From NCBI GenBank assembly GCA_021784115.1, contig JAJXTE010000003.1, positions 1,731 to 65,730 on the forward strand: a stretch of 64,000 bases of DNA, written 5' to 3'. The notes beneath the pieces were generated by a model. The model was given only the letters and a program-made list of their open reading frames with translations. It searched no databases and was not told where the DNA came from. The DNA is from Pseudomonadota bacterium (GTDB lineage: Bacteria; Pseudomonadota; Gammaproteobacteria; Burkholderiales; Thiobacillaceae). A program made the translations under genes and the position numbers. Below are positions 11,256 to 20,925 of the stretch, one piece after another (the first letter of the stretch is position 1; each line of letters opens with the position of its first letter).

Positions 11256-12219
11256 CTATCGCATGAGCGAGATCGACATGGCCGGCGGCGGCGTGCCCGT
11301 GTTGCGCGGGCATTTCCTCTACAACGAGCCGATGAAAAAACATGTCTCGTGGCGCGCGGGCGGTGCTGCGCAGCGCGTGTACATCCCGGCCGACCTCGAG
11401 GATCTGACCTGGCTGATCCGATCGGTGCCCCTGCACGAGGACATCCACATGGTCGGTCTGGGCAGCAATCTGCTGGTGCGTGACGGCGGGGTGACGGGCG
11501 TGGTGATCCTGTTGCATGGCGTACTGAAAAAACTGGCCATCGAAGGCCGCACGCACGGGCTGCCCCCTGCACCCGCAGATGTGGACACCGCGCTGGTGTA
11601 CGCCCAGGCAGGCGTTGCCTCACCCAAACTGGCGCGCTTCGCCGCCAACCACGATCTGGTCGGCGGTGAGTTCTGGGCCGGTATCCCGGGCACCGTCGGC
11701 GGCGCCGTCGCAATGAATGCCGGCTGCTATGGCAGCGAAACCTGGGACAAGCTGGTGCAGGTGCAGACACTGGATCGCGGGGGCCAGGTGAACGAGCGGT
11801 TGCCGGACGAGTATGTGACCGGCTACCGCCACGTGGCGCTGAAACATCCGCACCCGGAATGGTTCATCGGCGGCTGGTTCCGGCTGGTCCGCGGCGATGG
11901 CGCGGCCGCGCGAGAAACGATCAAGGCACTGCTGAAGAAACGCATCGACACCCAGCCGCTGAACATGCCCAACGCCGGCTCCGTGTTCCGCAATCCCCCC
12001 GGCGACTACGCGGCCCGGTTGATCGAGTCCTGCGGCCTCAAGGGGTTCAGGATCGGCGGCGCGCAGGTCTCGATCAAGCATGCCAATTTCATCGTCAACC
12101 TGGGCAATGCCACGGCGACCGACATCGAGCGCCTGATCGAGCATGTGGAAGACACCGTGGAAGCGCGCACCAACGTGCGGCTGATCCGTGAAGTGCGAAT
12201 TATTGGAGAACGTCAGTGA
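11245..12219 (+). CDS. murB: UDP-N-acetylenolpyruvoylglucosamine reductase
   Basis: FAD-binding-type sequence ([12 protein letters not shown]) and the expected dcw position. The start is uncertain (11245, 11263 or 11278); 11245 has a G-rich SD upstream. Confidence 0.88.
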   Translation: MRHNYRMSEIDMAGGGVPVLRGHFLYNEPMKKHVSWRAGGAAQRVYIPADLEDLTWLIRSVPLHEDIHMVGLGSNLLVRDGGVTGVVILLHGVLKKLAIEGRTHGLPPAPADVDTALVYAQAGVASPKLARFAANHDLVGGEFWAGIPGTVGGAVAMNAGCYGSETWDKLVQVQTLDRGGQVNERLPDEYVTGYRHVALKHPHPEWFIGGWFRLVRGDGAAARETIKALLKKRIDTQPLNMPNAGSVFRNPPGDYAARLIESCGLKGFRIGGAQVSIKHANFIVNLGNATATDIERLIEHVEDTVEARTNVRLIREVRIIGERQ

Positions 12220-13145
12220 GTGCGATTGAATCGGCGAAGAAATTTGGCAAGGTCGCCGTGATGCTGGGCGGCACGTCGGCCGAACGACCGGTGTCGCTCA
12301 ACAGCGGGGCGGCCGTGCTGGCAGCGCTGGCCCGGCAGGGTGTCGACGCGCATGCATTCGACCCCGCCAACCGCAATGTCGGCGACCTCATCAGCGGCGA
12401 ATTCGACCGCGTCTTCATCGCCCTGCATGGCCGCTACGGCGAGGACGGCTGCATGCAGGGTGCCCTGGAACTGCTGGGCATTCCCTACACCGGCAGCGGC
12501 GTCATGGCCTCGGCCATCGGCATGGACAAATGGCGCACCAAGCTGCTGTGGCGGGCAGCCGGTCTGCCGACGGCCGACTGGGAGATCCTCGCAGCGGACA
12601 GCGATTTCGCCGCGGCGGAAAAGAAGCTCGGTCTGCCGATTTTCGTGAAGCCGGCCCGCGAGGGGTCCAGCATCGGAATGAGCAAGGTGACCGAGCACGG
12701 TGCCCTGAAGGCAGCCTATGAAACGGCCGCCGAGCACGACGCGCTGGTGCTGGCCGAGAAATTCATCGATGGTGCCGAGTTCACCGTCGGCATCCTCGCG
12801 GACGCCGCGTTGCCGCTGATCCGCCTGGAGCCGGCGAAGGACAAGGCCTTTTACGACTTCGAAGCGAAGTATCTGCGCAACGACACCCAGTATCACTGCC
12901 CCGCCGGCTTGCCGGAGGCGCAGGAAATGGCGCTGCGGAAGCTGGCGCTGGACGCCTTCCGCCTGGTCGACGGGCGCGGCTGGGGTCGGGTGGACGTGAT
13001 GCTGGACAGCCTCGGCAATCCCTACCTGCTGGAAGTGAATACCTCGCCCGGCATGACCGACCACAGCCTGGTGCCGATGGCGGCGCGTGTCGCCGGACTC
13101 GATTTCGACACCCTGTGCATGAAGATCCTGGAGCAGACGCTGTGA
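12216..13145 (+). CDS. ddl: D-alanine--D-alanine ligase
   Basis: ATP-grasp Ddl hallmarks: [21 protein letters not shown] and [11 protein letters not shown]. The GTG start overlaps the murB stop (GTGA). Confidence 0.95.
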   Translation: MSAIESAKKFGKVAVMLGGTSAERPVSLNSGAAVLAALARQGVDAHAFDPANRNVGDLISGEFDRVFIALHGRYGEDGCMQGALELLGIPYTGSGVMASAIGMDKWRTKLLWRAAGLPTADWEILAADSDFAAAEKKLGLPIFVKPAREGSSIGMSKVTEHGALKAAYETAAEHDALVLAEKFIDGAEFTVGILADAALPLIRLEPAKDKAFYDFEAKYLRNDTQYHCPAGLPEAQEMALRKLALDAFRLVDGRGWGRVDVMLDSLGNPYLLEVNTSPGMTDHSLVPMAARVAGLDFDTLCMKILEQTL

Positions 13146-13906
13146 CGTCACCGGAACTCGCCGCGCATCCGCTGTCGCAGGTTGCCCGTGTGCTGACCTG
13201 GGGCGCGCTCGGCCTCCTGGCCTATGGCGCCGCCAGCTGGGTCACGGCGCAGCCCTGGTTTGCCCTGCGCAGCATCGAGGTGAAAACGCCGGTGGCCCAC
13301 GTCACCGAGGCACAGATCCGGCTGGTGGCCGAGCGGCAGGTGCGCGGCACCTTCTTCACCGTCGATCTCGAGCGCGTGCGCAACAGCCTGGAGAAACTGC
13401 CCTGGGTGCGGGAAGCGCGGGTGGAGCGGCGCTGGCCCGACACCCTGGTGGTATCGCTCACCGAGCACGAGCCGTTTGCGCGCTGGAACGACGATGCGCT
13501 CGTGAGCGAGGCGGGCGAGGTGTTCGTGGCGGCCGTGTCCGGCAAGTTACCGCGGCTGGTCGGCCCCGAAGGCAGCAGCACCGAAGTGGTGGTCGCCTAT
13601 CGACGCTACAAGTCCACCCTCGCCCCGCTCGGCCTGACGATAGACGAACTGCGGCTGTCGCCACGCCGTGCGTGGCGCATGCGTCTCGACAGCGGCATGC
13701 AACTGGCGCTTGGGCGCGTGCAGACAGACGCGCGGCTGGCACGCTTCGTCAGCCTGTATCCGCGCCTGTTCGGTGTGCAGCCGGCGAAGGACGGGCAGGC
13801 CGCCGCCGCTCCCGCAACACCGCTTATGGTCGATCTGCGCTACAGCGACGGCTTTGCCGTGCGCATGCCAAACGGCGTGACCCCTTTCAAATCGAGTGAA
13901 ACATGA
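13142..13906 (+). CDS. ftsQ: cell division protein FtsQ
   Basis: One TM helix ([18 protein letters not shown]) followed by a POTRA-like region (LRSIEVKT...), between ddl and ftsA. I chose the GTG at 13142, which has a GGAG SD and a GTGA overlap with ddl. An ATG at 13115 is an alternative. Confidence 0.82.
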   Translation: MTSPELAAHPLSQVARVLTWGALGLLAYGAASWVTAQPWFALRSIEVKTPVAHVTEAQIRLVAERQVRGTFFTVDLERVRNSLEKLPWVREARVERRWPDTLVVSLTEHEPFARWNDDALVSEAGEVFVAAVSGKLPRLVGPEGSSTEVVVAYRRYKSTLAPLGLTIDELRLSPRRAWRMRLDSGMQLALGRVQTDARLARFVSLYPRLFGVQPAKDGQAAAAPATPLMVDLRYSDGFAVRMPNGVTPFKSSET

Positions 13907-13918
13907 GTGCACCGCAAC

Positions 13919-15154
13919 ATGAGTAAGCCAAGAGACCCCAAGAACCTCGTCGTCGGCCTCGACATCGGCACCTCCAAGATCGTCTGCATCGTTGCGGAAA
14001 TCAACGACGAGGGCATGCTCGAGGTCATCGGGATGGGCACCCATCCGTCGCGCGGCCTGCGGCGCGGCGTGGTGGTCAACATCGAGGCCACCGTCAACGC
14101 CATCCAGCGCGCGCTGGAAGAAGCCGAGCTGATGGCCGACTGCAAAATCCGCGAGGTGTACACCGGCATCGCCGGCAGCCACATCAAGAGCTTCAACTCG
14201 CACGGCATGTTCGCCATCAAGGACAAGGAAATCAGCCAGATGGACGTCGACCGCGTGGTGGAAACCGCGCGCGCGGTGAACATCCCGACCGACCAGCAGA
14301 TCCTGCATACCATCCCGCAGGAATTCATCGTCGATGGCCAGGAGGACGTGCGCGACCCGCTCGGCATGAGCGCGGTGCGGCTGGAAGTGAAAGTGCACAT
14401 CGTCACCGGCGCGGTGTCGGCGGCGCAGAACATCATCAAGTGCGTGCGCCGTTGCGGACTCGAAGTTTCCGACCTGGTGCTGCAGCCGCTCGCCTCGGCG
14501 ATGGCGGTGCTGACCGAGGACGAGAAGGAACTCGGCGTGTGTCTGGTCGACATCGGTGGCGGCACCACCGACATCGCCGTGTTCACCAATGGCGCGATCC
14601 GCCACACCGCGGTGATTCCGGTGGCCGGCGACCAGGTCAACAACGACATCGCGGTGGCGCTGCGCACGCCGCCGAAAGAGGCCGAGGACATCAAGGTTCA
14701 GTACGGCTGCGCGCTGCGGCAGCTGGCCGACGCGCGCGACATGATCGAAGTGCCCGGCATCGGCGACCGCCCGCCGCGCACGCTGTCACGGCAGACGCTG
14801 GCCGAGTTCATCGAGCCGCGCATGGAAGAACTGTATTCGCTGGTGCAGGCCGAATTGCGGCGCTCGGGCTTCGAGGAACTGCTGTCGTCCGGCATCGTTA
14901 TCACGGGGGGGTCGGCGGGAATGCAGGGCATGGTCGAGCTCGGTGAGGAGGTCTTCCACATGCCGGTGCGCATGGGCTGGCCGCGCTACGAGGGCGGTCT
15001 CGCCGACGTCATGCGCAACCCGCGCTACGCCACTTGCATGGGCCTGTTGATGGCCGGCCTGGAAGCACGCGGGCGCGATGCGCCGAAGCTGTCCAGCGGC
15101 AATTTCAAGGACATTTTTGAGCGCATGAAAAGCTGGTTCAAGGGGAATTTCTGA
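13919..15154 (+). CDS. ftsA: cell division protein FtsA
   Basis: Actin-like ATPase N-terminus NLVVGLDIGTSKIVCIVAE, with a full-length FtsA-like sequence. A GTG at 13907 is an alternative start. Confidence 0.95.
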   Translation: MSKPRDPKNLVVGLDIGTSKIVCIVAEINDEGMLEVIGMGTHPSRGLRRGVVVNIEATVNAIQRALEEAELMADCKIREVYTGIAGSHIKSFNSHGMFAIKDKEISQMDVDRVVETARAVNIPTDQQILHTIPQEFIVDGQEDVRDPLGMSAVRLEVKVHIVTGAVSAAQNIIKCVRRCGLEVSDLVLQPLASAMAVLTEDEKELGVCLVDIGGGTTDIAVFTNGAIRHTAVIPVAGDQVNNDIAVALRTPPKEAEDIKVQYGCALRQLADARDMIEVPGIGDRPPRTLSRQTLAEFIEPRMEELYSLVQAELRRSGFEELLSSGIVITGGSAGMQGMVELGEEVFHMPVRMGWPRYEGGLADVMRNPRYATCMGLLMAGLEARGRDAPKLSSGNFKDIFERMKSWFKGNF

Positions 15155-15277
15155 CGCCGCCACGTTGAGGTTGAGCGAGCGACGTTGAAACGGAATTTGA
15201 TGGTTGTGCCGGATGCGGCAGACACGTCAAAGGATTTTCGAGTGTGGTTTTTGATTGGGCAAAACGAGGAGAGCAAC

Positions 15278-16426
15278 ATGTTTGAACTGATGGATGTAGA
15301 TACCCAGGATGCAGTAATCAAGGTGATCGGCGTGGGCGGCTGCGGCGGGAACGCGGTCGATCACATGATCAGTTCGGGTTTGAACGGCGTGGAATTCATC
15401 GCCATCAACACCGACGCGCAGGCGCTGAAGCGCAACCAGGCCAAGCTGCAGCTGCAACTGGGCAACGGCGTGACCAAGGGCCTGGGTGCCGGCGCCAACC
15501 CCGACGTCGGCCGCGAAGCCGCGCTGGAAGACCGCGAGCGCATCGCCGAATTGATCGACGGCGCCGACATGCTGTTCATCACGGCCGGCATGGGCGGCGG
15601 CACCGGCACCGGCGCCGCGCCGGTGGTGGCCGAAGTCGCCAAGGAACTCGGCATCCTCACCGTGGCGGTGGTCACCAAGCCCTTCATGTTCGAAGGCAAG
15701 CGCGTCCGCGCAGCCAACGCCGGCATCGAGGCGCTGGCACGCCACGTCGACTCGCTGATCATCATCCCCAACGAAAAACTGATGCAGGTGCTGGGTGACG
15801 ACGTCTCCATGCTCGACGCCTTCAAGGCCGCCAACAACGTGCTGCACGGCGCGGTCGGCGGCATCGCCGAAGTCATCAACTGCCCGGGCCTCGTCAACGT
15901 CGATTTCGCCGACGTGCGCACCGTGATGAGCGAAATGGGCATGGCGATGATGGGCTCGGCGCAGGCCAGCGGCGACAATCGCGCCCGCATCGCAGCCGAA
16001 CAGGCCGTGGCCAGCCCGCTGCTGGAAGACGTGAACCTCGCCGGCGCGCGTGGCGTGCTGGTCAACATCACCGCCTCGTCCACCGTCAAGATGAAGGAAA
16101 TCCACGAGGTGATGAACACCATCAAGGGTTTCACCGCGGAAGAAGCCACCGTCATCGTCGGTCAGGTGCTCGACGACACCATGGAAGATGCCTTGCGCGT
16201 CACCATGGTCGCCACCGGGCTCGGCAACCCCGTTGCCCGGCAGAACCAGAAGCCGATGCAGATCATCCGCACCGGCACCGACGATGCGCCGATGATGGTG
16301 AGCGGCCACGGCGAGGAACTGCCCAGCGTGATGACCAGCCGCCGCTCGCGCACGATCCAGGCGATGACCGATTCCGGCATCGACACCCTGGACATTCCGG
16401 CCTTCCTGCGTCGCCAGGCGGACTAG
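15278..16426 (+). CDS. ftsZ: cell division GTPase FtsZ
   Basis: MFELMD start preceded by AGGAGA. Tubulin signature GGGTGTGAAP and GVGGCGGNAV are present, with the C-terminal DIPAFLRRQAD tail. Confidence 0.97.
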   Translation: MFELMDVDTQDAVIKVIGVGGCGGNAVDHMISSGLNGVEFIAINTDAQALKRNQAKLQLQLGNGVTKGLGAGANPDVGREAALEDRERIAELIDGADMLFITAGMGGGTGTGAAPVVAEVAKELGILTVAVVTKPFMFEGKRVRAANAGIEALARHVDSLIIIPNEKLMQVLGDDVSMLDAFKAANNVLHGAVGGIAEVINCPGLVNVDFADVRTVMSEMGMAMMGSAQASGDNRARIAAEQAVASPLLEDVNLAGARGVLVNITASSTVKMKEIHEVMNTIKGFTAEEATVIVGQVLDDTMEDALRVTMVATGLGNPVARQNQKPMQIIRTGTDDAPMMVSGHGEELPSVMTSRRSRTIQAMTDSGIDTLDIPAFLRRQAD

Positions 16427-16533
16427 GTCGCCGGCCGCCGAGGTGCCCCGCGCTGAACCCCGCGGGCGGGATCCGGTCACATCCGGGTCCCGCTTATCGC
16501 TGCGCGGCCGCCATGAGCGGTTAAAATGACAGG

Positions 16534-17448
16534 ATGATCAAGCAACGCACCCTCAAAACGCCGGTCAAGGCGACCGGCGTCGGCCTGCATTCCGGCGTCA
16601 AGGTCGAGATGACCCTGCGCCCGGCGGGCCCCGACACCGGTATCGTGTTCCGGCGAATGGACCTCGTCCCGCCCGCCGAACTCAAGGCCGATCCGTATCT
16701 GGTCACCGATACCCGGCTGTGCTCGATGCTCGAATCCGGCCCGGCCAAGGTGGCGACCGTCGAACATCTGATGTCCGCGCTCGCCGGTCTCGGCATCGAC
16801 AACCTGCTGGTCGACCTTACCGGTCCGGAAATCCCCATCATGGACGGCTCCTCGGCGCCCTTCGTGTTCCTGCTGCAGTCCGCCGGCATCGTCGAACAGG
16901 ATGCGGCGAAGCGGTACGTGCGCATCAAGCAGCCGATCGAGGTCAAGGACGGCGACAAGTGGGCGCGCTTCGTTCCGCACAACGGCTTCAAGGTCGAATT
17001 CACCATCGACTTCAAGCACCCCGTGTTCGACAAGAGCGGCAAGACCGTCAGCATCGACTTCGCCGACACGGCCTACACGAAGGAGGTCGCACGCGCGCGC
17101 ACCTTCGGTTTCATGCATGAAGTCGAGGCGTTGCGCAACAGCGGTCTGGCGCTGGGGGGCTCGCTCGACAACGCCATTGTCATGGACGAGTTCCGCGTGC
17201 TGAACCAGGACGGGCTCCGCTACGACGACGAGTTCGTCAAGCACAAGGTGCTCGACGCCATCGGCGACCTGTACCTGCTGGGACATCCCATCATTGGCGC
17301 ATTCGAGGCCTACAAGTCGGGCCACGCACTCAACAACGCGTTGCTCCGCGAACTGCTGCAGCACCAGGAATCGTGGGAGTTCGTCAGCTTCGAACGCGAC
17401 GAAGACGTTCCCATGGCCTTCCTTCGGCTGCATCCCCTGGCTGCATGA
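16534..17448 (+). CDS. lpxC: UDP-3-O-acyl-N-acetylglucosamine deacetylase
   Basis: [21 protein letters not shown] and [12 protein letters not shown] motifs, 304 aa, in the canonical position after ftsZ. Confidence 0.97.
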   Translation: MIKQRTLKTPVKATGVGLHSGVKVEMTLRPAGPDTGIVFRRMDLVPPAELKADPYLVTDTRLCSMLESGPAKVATVEHLMSALAGLGIDNLLVDLTGPEIPIMDGSSAPFVFLLQSAGIVEQDAAKRYVRIKQPIEVKDGDKWARFVPHNGFKVEFTIDFKHPVFDKSGKTVSIDFADTAYTKEVARARTFGFMHEVEALRNSGLALGGSLDNAIVMDEFRVLNQDGLRYDDEFVKHKVLDAIGDLYLLGHPIIGAFEAYKSGHALNNALLRELLQHQESWEFVSFERDEDVPMAFLRLHPLAA

Positions 17449-17627
17449 TCGTCATCCGCCTGCTGATCGTCGCCCTGCTGATTGCCGTGGCGGCGCTCGG
17501 ACTGGCGTGGCTGTTCACCGGCAACCGCACCTACCTTGGTCACATCGGCCGCGTGCTGCGCTTCGCGATTGTGGTCGGCTTCTTTGCCGCGCTGGCGTTT
17601 GTGGTGGAACGAGTGGTGCTGCGATAA
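17445..17627 (+). CDS. small two-TM membrane protein, hypothetical
   Basis: [24 protein letters not shown]... and ...[15 protein letters not shown] give two hydrophobic helices. The ATG overlaps the lpxC stop (ATGA). A terminator-like hairpin plus T9 follows. Confidence 0.5.
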   Translation: MIVIRLLIVALLIAVAALGLAWLFTGNRTYLGHIGRVLRFAIVVGFFAALAFVVERVVLR

Positions 17628-17661
17628 GCATCGCGTGAAACAACGATGTCGCTTTTTTTTT
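17621..17661 (+). terminator. probable Rho-independent terminator
   Basis: Imperfect hairpin (GCATCG ... CGATGT, with extra outer pairs) followed by a run of 9 T at 17653-17661. Confidence 0.5.
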
Positions 17662-17820
17662 GCCAAATTTGATCGATCCTGATCCCGGAATCAGGATTAT
17701 GGACAACCCTAAGGTACATTCATGCTATACAGTTGAAAGAATCGTGCCCTTCTTAGGCGAGGCCACCTTGAATTCGCGGCATTTCAAAAACAGACAATTT
17801 CAAACCTAGGAGATATAAAA

Positions 17821-18843
17821 ATGCGCATCAAGACCCTGCCGATTCTCATCGCACTTGCCGGAACCACCCTGCAGGCGCATGCCATGGACGACCGCCTCTA
17901 TGTCGCGCCCACGGTAAACTACACCTTTTCCGACAACGACCGTCAGGCCGACGATGGCTGGGGCGGCGGCCTTGCCCTCGGCAAGCCCATTACCGAGCAC
18001 CTGAACATGGAGCTGGGGCTGACCGGCAGTTCGCTCGACTTCAATACCGGGAGCGGAAGTTATGACCTGTGGGGCCTCGGTGTCGACGCGATCTACCTGC
18101 TCAACCGCGATGCCGACTTTACGCCCTACGGTGTTCTGGGCATCGGTGCTCTGTATACCGACATTCCGGGCAGACACGATACCGGCCTGATGGGCAATAT
18201 CGGTCTGGGTGTCATGAAGCGCCTGACCGACAACATTTCCCTGCGCGCGGACGCCCGCTACCGTATGGACGGCAACTCCACGAATGCATTCAATGAGAAC
18301 AACTTCGGCGACGCCGTTGTCAGCGTCGGCCTGAACATCGCACTGGGTCAGAAGGCTCAGCCCGCACCGAAGCCGGAACCTGCGCCTGTCGCACGGCCCG
18401 AGCCGGCGCCCGCGCCTGCTCCGGCACCTGTCGTAGCGCCTGAACCGGTTGCGTCGGCGCTCACGACCCCGCAGGCGATGCAGCTCGACCAGGCCAAATC
18501 CGGCGACACGGTGGTGATCCTCGAAGGCGTGAATTTCGAGTTCGACTCCGCCCGTTTGCGCCCGGATGCGCGGCCCATCCTGGATGAGGCCGTGACGGTG
18601 CTGAATCGTCGCAAGGACATCAACGTGGACGTGATCGGTCACACCGACAGCACGGGCACCACGCAATACAACCAAGGCCTGTCCGAGCGTCGCGCCAAGG
18701 CCGTGTACGACTATTTCGTCGACAAGGGCATCGCCGCCGATCGCCTGGCGACCATGGGGTACGGCGAAACCAGGCCGGCCCACTCGAACGCCACCCGCGA
18801 AGGCCGGGCCAAGAACCGCCGCGTGGAATTGCTCGTCAAATAA
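17821..18843 (+). CDS. OmpA-family outer membrane protein (beta-barrel, Pro-rich linker, OmpA_C domain)
   Basis: - Strong SD (AGGAGA) and signal peptide ending AHA.
- N-terminal barrel-like alternating strands.
- APKPEPAPVARPEPAPAPAPAP linker.
- C-terminal peptidoglycan-binding motif NFEFDSA.L ... GHTDSTG...YNQGLSERRA..V ... NRRVEL. Confidence 0.9.
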   Translation: MRIKTLPILIALAGTTLQAHAMDDRLYVAPTVNYTFSDNDRQADDGWGGGLALGKPITEHLNMELGLTGSSLDFNTGSGSYDLWGLGVDAIYLLNRDADFTPYGVLGIGALYTDIPGRHDTGLMGNIGLGVMKRLTDNISLRADARYRMDGNSTNAFNENNFGDAVVSVGLNIALGQKAQPAPKPEPAPVARPEPAPAPAPAPVVAPEPVASALTTPQAMQLDQAKSGDTVVILEGVNFEFDSARLRPDARPILDEAVTVLNRRKDINVDVIGHTDSTGTTQYNQGLSERRAKAVYDYFVDKGIAADRLATMGYGETRPAHSNATREGRAKNRRVELLVK

Positions 18844-18864
18844 GCCAGCGCATCACCGCTGCAA

Positions 18865-18900
18865 GCAGAAAGGCCGCACCCTCGGGTGCGGCCTTTCTGC
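18865..18900. terminator. bidirectional Rho-independent terminator between convergent genes
   Basis: Perfect 16-bp stem (GCAGAAAGGCCGCACC / GGTGCGGCCTTTCTGC) with loop CTCG. Confidence 0.75.
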
Positions 18901-18957
18901 TTGTCATGCCCGCTTTCACGTCGGGCGGGAACAACGGGATTGGCCCGGCGGTATCCG

Positions 18958-19926
18958 TCAGTTCTTCCTGGCCTGCCCGGGCGCCATCGCGTTCGAGCCG
19001 CCGCCGGCGTTGCTGGCAGTCGACAGGGATACATTGCGCCCGCCGGCCGACACCGCACCCCCCCCCTGGGTACCGGTCGTGGCCTTGTATGCCTGTCCCT
19101 TGCCGGCGCCATGTGCCGAGCCGCTCAGGTTGCCGCCTGCTGCGGATACGATTCCGGCTCCGCTTGCCTTGCCGCCACCGCTGGCGATGTAACCGTTGGA
19201 ATGGGCCTGCGTTGCAGACGCCGCCCTGGATGAACTGGGGATATAGCCGTTGCCATGGGGGTGCGCTATCTGCCCGGGCCGGGTCGCCGAGACCGAAACG
19301 GAACCGGCCTTGCCCGTGGTTTTCGTCTGGCCGGTGTGAGTCGCAGTGGCGGCCTGCTTCGTCAGGCCCCCGCCTTTGCCCATGATCTGGCCGACGGTCA
19401 TGCCATATTTTTGGGCGATCACGCCCCAGCCCATGCCGTCGGCGCGCATGGTGAGGATGCCGTCGACCTGGGTGCCATTGATGGTCCCGCCCAGCAATGC
19501 GGCTGACAGTTCGTCGGTGGTCGGCTGGGTGATTCCGAACTCGTTCAGCTCCGCTTGCGCCAGCCGGAGGGTGATGCGGACGCTGCCATAGCCCATGGAA
19601 CCGGTAGGCGGGTCGATGGTCGTCGAAGACGTCGAGGTGTCGGTGGTGCCGGTTGCAGACTCGAGACTGAAGGCGGTGCCCTGCCGCAACCCGGACACCA
19701 CCGCATGCGCCTGTTCCTTGCCTCCCAGGAATCCGGCGAACTCGGTGCTCAACCTGGTTTCGGTGTTGGTCGACGTGCCGACGGCTGTCGTCGTGGTGGA
19801 TGGGCTTGTCGTCTCCGTCGTGGCGGACGTGGTGCTGGTCTCCTCTGCGTGGGCGGCAGGGTAGGCCGCTGCAAGACAGCAGGCCAGCAGCAGCGAACGC
19901 ATGGGCAGGTGGTCGGGGTGTTTCAT
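18958..19926 (-). CDS. secreted Thr/Ser/Gly-rich low-complexity protein, hypothetical
   Basis: AGGAGA SD before the start and signal peptide MRSLLLACCLAAAYPAAHA. Long T/S-rich and G/S/A-rich tracts flank a short globular-looking core (GITQPTTDELSAALLGGTING...GMGWGVIAQKYGMTVGQIMG). I do not recognise a family. Confidence 0.6.
   Translation of the reverse strand: MKHPDHLPMRSLLLACCLAAAYPAAHAEETSTTSATTETTSPSTTTTAVGTSTNTETRLSTEFAGFLGGKEQAHAVVSGLRQGTAFSLESATGTTDTSTSSTTIDPPTGSMGYGSVRITLRLAQAELNEFGITQPTTDELSAALLGGTINGTQVDGILTMRADGMGWGVIAQKYGMTVGQIMGKGGGLTKQAATATHTGQTKTTGKAGSVSVSATRPGQIAHPHGNGYIPSSSRAASATQAHSNGYIASGGGKASGAGIVSAAGGNLSGSAHGAGKGQAYKATTGTQGGGAVSAGGRNVSLSTASNAGGGSNAMAPGQARKN
19058..19066. 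repeat. C9/G9 homopolymer inside the secreted-protein CDS
   Basis: Nine consecutive C on the + strand (G9 on the coding strand), encoding part of QGGG. Confidence 0.9.
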
Positions 19927-19941
19927 GGTCTGTCTCCTCTT

Positions 19942-20364
19942 TTATCCCTTGGAAAGAACCCGTTCGGTTTGAAGCATGATTTCCTGTGCCGTGGCGCTGT
20001 CCTTCAGCAGGCCATTGCTGGCAATGACGCGCATCCGCGTGGTTCGCGGGGTGAGGGGTTCCAGCAGCACCTCGATCTCGCGATCCTTCGCCGTTGCATT
20101 GATGACGCGTTCGCCCATTTTGTTTGTGGAACGCGAGACGACCTTCACGCCCATGTCGTGCATGGCCTCTACGCTGCCATTCTCGACGGTTTTCAGGGGG
20201 GCGGTGAACGTCCTGTAGATGATGCCGCCGAGGGTATGGGACAGCCCCACGCCGGCGCCGAGGGAGGCTGCGGTAAGCGTGATCGGATCGCACCCCGCGG
20301 TGCCTATAGCCAGCACGAGGACGGCTATTGCGGAACGGATCGTCTGGGAGCGAAATTTGAGCAT
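19942..20364 (-). CDS. small lipoprotein (DUF3568-like, assignment from memory)
   Basis: MLKFRSQTIRSAIAVLVLAIGTAGC has a lipobox. It lies 15 nt upstream of, and on the same strand as, the secreted-protein gene. The ORF is open to 20490, but the upstream part lacks signal-peptide logic. Confidence 0.65.
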   Translation of the reverse strand: MLKFRSQTIRSAIAVLVLAIGTAGCDPITLTAASLGAGVGLSHTLGGIIYRTFTAPLKTVENGSVEAMHDMGVKVVSRSTNKMGERVINATAKDREIEVLLEPLTPRTTRMRVIASNGLLKDSATAQEIMLQTERVLSKG

Positions 20365-20778
20365 ATGCATTTCAGGTGCGTGCAGAAGGGGGGGCGCCTC
20401 AAAAATATCAAGCAAAACAAGGCCTTCGGATTTAGAAGGCGGCGAAATAAACGTCAGCTGCGTGTCGCATGCCATCCCTTCGATCTGCACCCCTCCCGCA
20501 TTCAGGTGGACGTCGTTCGGCGCTTGTCATGATTCGCCAGTCCTCAGGGAGGCATGAGGCGTACCCGTGCCGGCACCAAGCATCCGGGCTCAAGGCACGT
20601 TAACGGCATTACGGCGACCTCGATGCCGAACTTTAGGCCAGGCGATTTCGTTGCCATTGCGATGCTCCGCATCACGAAAAAATCGCCACGGGCACCCAGA
20701 CCGATCAAATGGCGCGGAAGAGGGCACGGCGTTGCAAAACCGGACAATGGAACGATGCCGGGGGTATGGTAGCCTGCA

Positions 20779-20831
20779 GCATTCCTGGGCGCTGCACCAG
20801 GACAGACAGAACCAATTCAATCCAGGAATGC
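20779..20831 (+). other. leader-region stem-loop with a competing internal pairing
   Basis: GCATTCCTGG (20779-20788) is complementary to CCAGGAATGC (20822-20831). The inner CCAGG at about 20797 offers an alternative partner for CCTGG. Confidence 0.4.
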
Positions 20832-20925
20832 CGAAAGGGCGAACGCCCTAAAGGGCACCTGTTCAATTCGGGCCGATTGGCGTGCATCATGCCCGGACCC
20901 GACGTTTCATTCTGGAGCCGTACCC

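Noticed and set aside
18360-18450. Pro-Ala/Pro-Glu repetitive DNA in the OmpA-family gene, considered as a possible repeat array
   Set aside because: It is the in-frame proline-rich linker between the barrel and the OmpA_C domain. It has no spacer/repeat structure and is not a CRISPR or VNTR locus.
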